Of a DNA stretch of 64,000 bases, positions 56,308 to 64,000 are shown in pieces (position 1 is the first letter of the stretch; every line of letters begins with the position of its first letter). The notes under the pieces are model-generated. The model had not been told where the DNA came from. It did no database searches and saw only the letters and a program-made list of their open reading frames with translations. The stretch lies in the NCBI GenBank assembly GCA_000708835.1, contig DF236996.1, forward strand, positions 154,397 to 218,396, given 5' to 3'. This DNA is from Klebsormidium nitens. Taxonomy: Eukaryota > Plantae > Klebsormidiophyceae. Made by a program: the position numbers and the translations under genes.

Positions 56308-59300
56308 TCAAATCTGGGCATCGGAAGCGGACCCGCCAAACCTCGCCCTCCCGTACTCCCTAGGCGGCTCCTTCACCGGATGCTCGCTATAGTGGAGCCC
56401 GATCGACGCGAGCAAGGGGGGCGCGCGCGAGCTGTAAACGCGCACGCGCACTTTGTCGGTGACCACGGCCTCGGTGGTGTGAAGCCGCTTGTGCCCAATA
56501 GTCGTCCCTCCGACGAGCGTGGTCCAGGTGCGCGTGTGGAAGTCGAACACTTGGACGCAGTGCTTCGAGATCCGCTGGCCCAGCTGGATCGGCTCCTGGA
56601 AGCGGACGAAACTCATGGTACGCAAAGGAGATGATGAATGAAGGGAAAATTTGAAGGAGACATCACGCGTTTGGTAATCAAAATGTTTTGCGAGAGGGGC
56701 TGTTGTTCCTTGCTTGGGTTGACCACTGAAAGCGACTTGCTAAGTGTCTGACTGTCTCAGGGCTTGGATATGGATCTTGAGTCGAACAGAAGACCAGGAA
56801 ATTACCAGTGACTCGACGGGTGTGCTGAACCTTGAACGCTTTCGTACGCATTCCAGCGCCCGAAGTATGCCACCTCTCGGCTCAAATTATAAACCGTGTG
56901 CTTCTTAACGGCTCTTGTCCAATCCAGTCCCAACGCTTTCCGTTGAGATGCCGCAAGAGAAGGAAGGCAGCGGAGAAGAGGCTGATCGAGCAAGCAGGAG
57001 GGAAGGAGCCGAACTTTCAAAAAATGGATCTCAGGTGGAAATCAATGGCCGAAAGGTACACATTCCACACCAAGCACTTTCACTTACTCGTATATTAAGC
57101 TTCATATTTTGCTCTTTGATAATCATCATCATCGACCCTGAAAACCCTGTACCTGTAGCCTGACGACGTTGAACGTCTTGTTTGCCGTCATATGCAGCTC
57201 GATTGTTGCCTCCCGCACGTCATCTTCGGTCGCCCAGTACGTCCGGATGTCGTCCGTTAGCACCTGGGGGGGTCCAAATGGCCCGGAATCCGACCCCCCC
57301 CTGACGTTGCTGGCAGTCACGTTGCTGTCGGACGTTGCGTCAGTGGAGAAGATGTCGTCCAGCGCTTTGCGGAAGCCCCGGAGGGCGCTGACGTCAGCAT
57401 CGTCGAAGACGCCCGCTCTGGAGGAAAGGGGAGGATAAACAGCTCAGTGAATGTTTATTTTATCTTGTCTCGAGACGTTCTTGGGGGCGCCGATATTGAG
57501 ACTCCTGCATCTTGCCCCTCATGCAAACGAATCGTGCTCGTGCCTCTCCTCATTTCCCACTTCTTATCTTACCAAATTGTTTCCAAGGTGGAAGGTCGCT
57601 ATGGCGAGATACTCTCGTGACTTATCGAGAATGTCTGTAGCGCGTTCGATATTCTAGAGGGGTCCTCAATGCAGCTGCAACAAAGAGTCTTCGCAATATT
57701 TTGGAGGCATATCTAAGAGGTTCTCAGCGGAAAGACTGTGCTTCCGAGAAGACAATCATTTCAATCAGCAATATCGCCTCGAAGTTTCGTAGCAGCACCT
57801 TGTCCATGAGGTGAATGACGTGATATAAGAGCCTGCGGATCTCTTGCTTTTACGAAAATGACAACGGAATAGAGGTAAGGAACAAGCATGGAAGAAGAAA
57901 GAGAGAGAGGAGAGGATACCATCACACGTCTGTAACGCAGCAAGGAAAGGGGCGATGACTCTGAACCAGATCCGGCGTGAGAAGCGAACAAAGAGAAGAC
58001 TTCGGAAGCTCCCATTGGTAATTCAAATCAAATGCGTCGCATAGGCTGATGTGCCAGAGTTGCCTGGATGAATGGAATTGTCTGGCAATTTCTAACGTTG
58101 CGCAAGCGATCGGATCAGACTTCAAGCGCGTTGTTCACAAGCTTTGATGTGCGTGTTGTACCCACCAAAGGCTCCATCATTCTCCAAAGCAAATCCTCGC
58201 TCTACTGCAGTACCTGTTGGGAGGCACGTTCAGAATGAGATGCCCGTTCCGCCCAACAGAGGTGAAGTAGGTGCCGACGAGCACATCCACCGACTTGGGG
58301 GTTTCTTCCTGGTGGTAGAACCAACCGGGCCGAATCGAAGTGTCGCACTCGGGCGGAATGTAGTCGGGGCCCCCCTCCTCCCCCTCGGAGGCGTAGCTCG
58401 GGGTCGGGGGGTTAGCACCGATGTGGACCTGAGCGAGTTGGGGGGGGAGAAACTTGGGGACAGGGGGGGGGTGAAAGAAGGAAACATCAGGTGTTTGCGG
58501 GATTCGAAGCTTCGGAAGCGGCTGGGTGGGGGGACAACGAAAAATTGTCCAGGTCCCGAATCCGCAAGAAAAAGATTAGGGGGAAGGGGGGATGGGGAAT
58601 GTGGAATTCGGCTGGCCCAGAACGCTGTAAAACGTCACCTGCTCGAAAAAGAAAAGTCATCAGGAGGTTTCGAACCGAGGGTCTGTGGCGTTGCCACGTG
58701 TCACGCACCTATTGGGCGGCACGTTCAGGAGCATGTGACAGTTCCTGCCCACGGTTGAGAAGTAAATGCCGAGCAGGGTTTCGAGCGGTTTGGGCGCTTG
58801 ACCCGGGTGCCAAAACCAGGCGGGCCGGATCGACGTCTCGCACTCTGCGGGGGCGTAGTCCGGCTCCCCCTCCTGCCCGGTTGACAAATAACCGGCCACT
58901 GCAGAGCCGCCCCCAAGCTTGACCTGCGAGAAAAACGTGGCGCAAAGAATCTCTTTGAAAGCTTTTGTTAGAATTCTCGAGTTTTGTGCTTCAAGACAAA
59001 AACGATAGTCCGGGGGTTTTTCCTTGCCCCGTGACACATAATTGGCCACTGCAGAGCCGCCCCCGAGCTTGACTTGCGAGGGAAACACGGTGCAAAGAGA
59101 CCTGTTATGGGAGTTCAGGTTTGATGCTGTGTTTCGCAACAAACGGAAGTATTTGGAAGGTGGATGTCCTTGCAACTGTCTGAAAATGGGGGCGTAAATG
59201 TCCTGATTGTAGAGTCTGTGATCAGAGTCGTTGGTTCCCGCTGCATCCATACAAGGCAATATGAAACTATTGTGGGTATATTTCAGTTCGAGAATCAAGC

Positions 59301-62300
59301 TTTGAGCGGCTTTGAACACTATCAAAGCCAATCGCCGGAAATCTTTCGAACTGGGCATCGGAAACATCCTCAGCCAAGGACGATGTCACCTTTTACGATC
59401 CGCTGAAGCTCAGCGTCCAGCCGCTCGAACCCAAATACCAAAATAAATGTCGTTGCCAAACACGACCCCTCTTCTTGTCCTAGCAATAGACGACATTGGA
59501 GCTGAAAGAGACGACACCAAAAACACCACCGATGTATTGTAAGCGCTTGGACGGGATCTACAAAGCAGGAAGGCTTGGGAAAGCAGATCGATTTTGATGA
59601 AAATCTTTGCTTGCAGCTGCCGTGGGAGCAATCCGACTCAAGAAGAGTTGTGAAGGTGGGCGGGAGTAAAGAATCGCAAAAGAAGTCAAACCATGTCAAA
59701 ATTGGATTTGGCACCTGATTAAATGACTCAAGCGCTGTTCTATCCTAACTGCGGCCCTCAACGGGTCTTGCTGTTCCCACTTTCATCGCTACGCTGCTTC
59801 ACAAAGCTGGCCTCATTTTGCTTTAAGCAGACACACCTACTCATACGCGCTCTCTTTGAACGGACAGCCGAAGCTTGACAGGACGGCAGGAGTATCTGTC
59901 TTCAAAAAGAAGAGCTGCAAAATAGATCGTCAAAGCTATCAACAAAGGCGAGCCCAAAGCTACTTGTTCCCCTTCACCGAAACCAGCTGGACCGTTCTGC
60001 ATCCAAATGGCGCCATCGCAAGGCGCCATCACAATTCAGTACAGATGACAGAAAAACGGAATAATCTGCCAGGTGGCGGCTCACCTTCTTCCGGTCGATC
60101 GTGGCCCAGTTGGTCTCCCCAGCCCACCCGCCCTCGTTGCCCACCCACCGGACGTCCGGCCCGTTGTCCGAGAAAATCGCCGAGCCGGGCTGCAAAGAAA
60201 ACCCAGATGGGTGATACTCATCACTCTAGTTCGTTCAGTAGCCACCACATATTTTGCGCCGACATCAACACCTTTGCAAACTGGAGTAGGAATGTCTCGA
60301 GGTTCGCCCAATATATTTTCACATTGATGCAAGTGATAACGTGCCGATTTAGTGGGCAAACTGTCGAGCGTGCCACAGACTGGGCCTAGGATTATGTTCT
60401 AGGCGTCACTCTGTCATGACGAAGACACTCTGTCATGGCGAAGAGGTGTCATCTGATCGTTGCACCTAACCCGTGTAAAGCAACGAAAAGATCCGGCTCG
60501 AGTTCGAAGCGAGAAGATGGTTCAGAAACAGGAAAATCTTGATGGATCGGGTTTGCTGTTATTGAGACAGGTGGGACACGTGCCTGCAGCTGGTGGTTCA
60601 GCGTCATGATCTGGTCCCAGTGGTACTGCATCGCCTTGCCCCACGAGCCCTTGGCGCCGTCGTAGAAGTTGTACACAACCGGCCCGTAACTGTGTGCAGC
60701 AAAGCACACCCGAGCGTTACGTTGCTGATATCCGCTGTGCTAACTCTCGAATGAAGATTTCAAACCATGCAGTCAACAAAGGTATCGGACTCCAGTTCCA
60801 GCTCCGGACTTCGTTGAAGTACATCCGCATGACAAAAAGTGGAAACGTGCAGAAAGTTTCAGCTCCAGACTGCTTCTTAGGTTTCGACAATCCTTGTTGC
60901 GACGTTTGTACCATTAATAAATGACCCGAACGTTCAGAAACTTCGCAGCACTCCGTAACGTAAATCTGTCAAAACGTACCTTGCAGCCGGACGATGTATG
61001 GAAACACAAAAGCAAAAGAGACAACAATCAAGAACAAAAAAGATTCAAGAGCAAATGTACGTAATGACGTTGCACTCACTTTGACATCAGTTCTGTTAGC
61101 TGCCCCATGTAGTACTCGTTGTACAGTCGAGTGTCCCCATAGACGGAGCAGTTTTGATCCCATGGCGACAGGTAAATCCTGTAGAAACTAAGGTTCGTTA
61201 TGGCCCAGCTACCATTGGAGGTTTTAAACTCAATCCAAGTAGAGCGGTTGGAAAGTATAGATGCTTTGCAGAAAAGTTCGGCGTTTCGAATTTGCAGCCG
61301 CCATTTTGAGCGCCCTAAAAGCTACGCCTTCATTGCCGAACCTGAGTCCTGACCGACTTCGGAAGTCAACTTCCGCAGCCAGCACCTAACAGAACATTCT
61401 TAAGTATTAGTGTTCTCAAAAATCGACATCCTTGGTAGGTACTATGCAATACGCTCTGGAGAAAACGAATCGGGGATGCCAATTGTGGACTCAACCGTCT
61501 CGCCTTCTTGGCTGTTGAGCGGTCTGCTGAACTAACATGAGAGCAGGGAACTGATTGAGAAGGTGCCAAACAAACGAGAGCGCACTTGAGGACTTCATGC
61601 ATTAGCAATGAAGAAGCTTCGCGGCCAAGATTGAGGGGTGATCGTCATCTCGGACACGAAGACCACGAATGCAGAGACGCGCAAGAACACTGTTGCTGAA
61701 CGATTACACGAAACAAAGAACCTTTGACACTGCAGGCGCTCGCATGAAGAAGTGACGTAAGGCAATAAGTTGCCGGTGTAAATCAACGTATCTCGAAAAA
61801 CCAGAGCTTGAAACTTGCCCGAATCCAACCCCGACACTTCTGGTGGCATCGGCCACCTCACGGACGACGTCGCCCTTGCCATCTTTCCAGGGGCTGTTCT
61901 TCACAGAATGCTCCGTGTACTTGCTGGGCCAGGCGCAGAAGCCGTCATGATGCTGAAAGGACGAAGGAGAGGGCCAATTCACGACTTTGGCAATCAGTGG
62001 ATTCGAACCAACAATCCGAATGAAAGCCAGACGAATCAAGCATTGACAGATTGGATTGAACGAACAAAAGTATGACCATATCAACCGGGGTGTCCTATCA
62101 TGGTCGATCTAACATTGGATACTTTCAACTGACGAGTATCAGAGATGGAACAGTACTCTAAGCCTAATTGTGCCTTTCTGCTTGCTCAGAAAACGGTTGT
62201 CTTGTGGGTTGAACTATAGATGCCTTGAACTCCCTCTCTGCGGCTAGGAACTGGTTGCTTAAATGAGCTTGAGCAGATGATTCGTGGGGCTGAAGGTTTG

Positions 62301-63653
62301 GAGCATGACTATTAAGACTTTCTACATTCTATTGATGAGAAGAAGAAGCTCATTTACATGTCCATTTGTGAATCATTTATAGAAAAAGAAGCAGATGATT
62401 CTAGCTCTGCTTACTTTGGCAACAATCACCAGGAACTTGAACCCCGTCTCCTTGGCCACACTAGCCCATTGAGTGGCATTGAGCCCCTCAGGGTTGAACA
62501 GCTCGGGGCTCTCATGGCCGTCTCCCCACTGACAGAAGCAACAGGGTATGAGAAAGAGTGAATTTCTTGGTTTTCTTCTGACAATTGCATGTTTTGATGG
62601 CAAGTGCGTTACATGGCTGGATGCCCTGGGGTCACTTTCGAATTTCACTGGCAATATCTTCTGGTAGACAGCGCTGACAAACAAGCACTTGATGAGGAAC
62701 CTATTCCAGCCAGAGTTTGCATGGCTTCTTCCTCGTAAGGTTACAATTGGTAAGGTCTTACCTCCTTGTCAGTATACGTGTTCATCCCGTAGTGCAGGAA
62801 CATGGAAAGCTCTCCTTGCTGCCAAGCCAGCTGAAGTGGACACAAATGCCATTCAGCTAAGCTGGCCACACTTGTTTCACAAGACATGTTTTCTCTCAAC
62901 CTTGCTTTTCTGAAGGAGTGACTAAGAGGCAGGATTGCAAACATTTCAAGATATGATAGAGAAGATTCTCACTTTGCTCTGCTGTTGGAGTCTGAAGCAC
63001 CCTCTTTTTTGAACAGAGTGCCTTAGTCTACTTTCAATCCAGCACAGTGCATATCAATTCTTGGAAAGAAGAAGGTGGCTCTCTAAGGTGCAAACGTCAT
63101 TCTTGCAACTTTTTGCAACTATGTTGGCCAAGACATGTTCTACTTGGTGCCTTGATTGATACTGTCTTTTGCCCAGTGTTCTTCTTGAAGGAAAAAGCAA
63201 GGTCAATACATTGTCAACCGTCATACACGTTTGGCTAGGTTGCGAAAGACTCACCTGCCGTGCATTTGGAATAGGCATCAATGGTGCAGGCGGGAAGGGG
63301 GCCACATCATTCTCTGGTCCTGCCAACCAAGCTCCAAAGCTTTCCGTAATCCTTTGCACCACCTCTGTTAATTGGTGCAGAAGTGGCCATGATTGGAAAC
63401 CAGCTATTTCACTAACTCTTGCTGCCTTTTCTTCCTCTGCTTTCCTGAAGCTAGCCTCCCAAGAAGTGACCACAGCAGGCTGCTTTGATTGAGGGAAGGG
63501 GTTCCTCAGCTTCAATGTGGAACTCAGTGCATCACCAAGGACACTTCTGGCTTCCACAGATGATACATTGAGGAGGAAGGCTGTGACTATGCAGATTGTG
63601 AAAAGTAAGGAGCTGGTCGAAAGACCCAGATACTTGTGCATCTTGCCCGACAT
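56308..63653 (-). CDS. FUC1: GH29 alpha-L-fucosidase (plant FUC1 / GH29-B type) with signal peptide and C-terminal beta-sandwich, about 597 aa per isoform
   Basis: Exons 63653-63255, 62830-62762, 62528-62415, 61952-61819 (GC donor), 61178-61080, 60689-60584 (GC donor), 60189-60085, [58923-58709 or 58428-58214], 57417-57153, 56595-56308. Motifs: [38 protein letters not shown] (nucleophile Asp), PDVRWVGNE (acid/base Glu), SIRPx[32 protein letters not shown]. Confidence 0.95.
58214..58428 (-). CDS. Fucosidase alternative exon 8b (215 nt)
   Basis: ccccaactcgctcag|GTC...AAC AG|GTACTG; peptide [72 protein letters not shown]. Confidence 0.88.
58709..58923 (-). CDS. Fucosidase alternative exon 8a (215 nt)
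   Basis: ttttctcgcag|GTC...AAT AG|GTGCGT; peptide [72 protein letters not shown]. Confidence 0.88.
58990..59085 (-). repeat. Echo of the exon 8a acceptor plus first 23 codons or so
   Basis: cgcaag tc aag ctc ggg ggc ggc tct gca gtg gcc... reads [23 protein letters not shown], versus the real [23 protein letters not shown]. Confidence 0.9.
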
Positions 63654-64000
63654 GATATGTGCAAGAGGTGAACAGATTGACGCAAACGAACAAGAGAGAC
63701 GTGAAGCACGCTCTAATTTGTGCCCAACTTGCAGCTCGATTGACCACCCCGTAGCTTGACAGACCAAAACTCTCTGCAATGAGCAGCTAGCTGCACATTT
63801 TGCTGCACAATCTGAAGCGCATCCTCCAGCACGAATCCAGGACGAATGTTTCCACCAATTGCTGCACAAGCTTTCGCTGTCACAGAAGATTGAAAACTTC
63901 TTTTTGCAGGGACAAAATCCAGATTTTGCTCCCGAAGACCCGAGGTAATTTCGCCCTTTCTAGAGCGACCACATCATAGACAATAAGAGGGAGATTTCCC

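Noticed and set aside
63054-63869. 271-aa ORF as the full fucosidase N-terminus
   Set aside because: The signal-peptide-like segment begins at ATG 63653 and the exon ends at the GTGAG donor after 63255; the flanking parts are probably UTR and intron.
1-64000. Most entries in the six-frame ORF track
   Set aside because: They are short, often start at TTG/GTG, and are antisense or off-frame shadows of GC-rich exons or intronic noise. The real genes need splicing.

Overview
This is eukaryotic nuclear DNA with small GC3-rich exons and 0.3-2.6 kb introns. The gene content (plant-type MGDG synthase, EG16-type GH16, FUC1-type GH29) suggests a streptophyte green alga, possibly Klebsormidium-like; this is inference. 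The supplied ORF track assumes unspliced genes, so I rebuilt the genes by hand from splice sites and phase continuity. Nine spliced genes: a partial GRYLWTDAFG-family glycosidase-like gene (-), RPF2 (-), an MDR/enoyl-reductase-type oxidoreductase (+), a signal-peptide and transmembrane EG16-like GH16 (-), a two-exon orphan (-), a TBC Rab-GAP (+), MGDG synthase (-), a type II membrane methyltransferase (+) and a GH29 alpha-L-fucosidase (-). Main discoveries: (1) About 17 splice junctions in six genes are flanked by intronic tandem, degenerate copies (echoes) of the exon-intron boundary. Several echoes differ from the live exon mainly at synonymous positions, in one case 7 of 7 changes. (2) The fucosidase has two intact, equal-length (215 nt), 54%-identical versions of exon 8 that can only be used mutually exclusively and that differ in a conserved active-site motif. 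(3) The EG16-like enzyme has a receptor-like, membrane-anchored architecture. Also seen: three GC-AG introns, CpG-depleted zones near gene 5' ends, and two inverted-repeat (MITE-like) elements.
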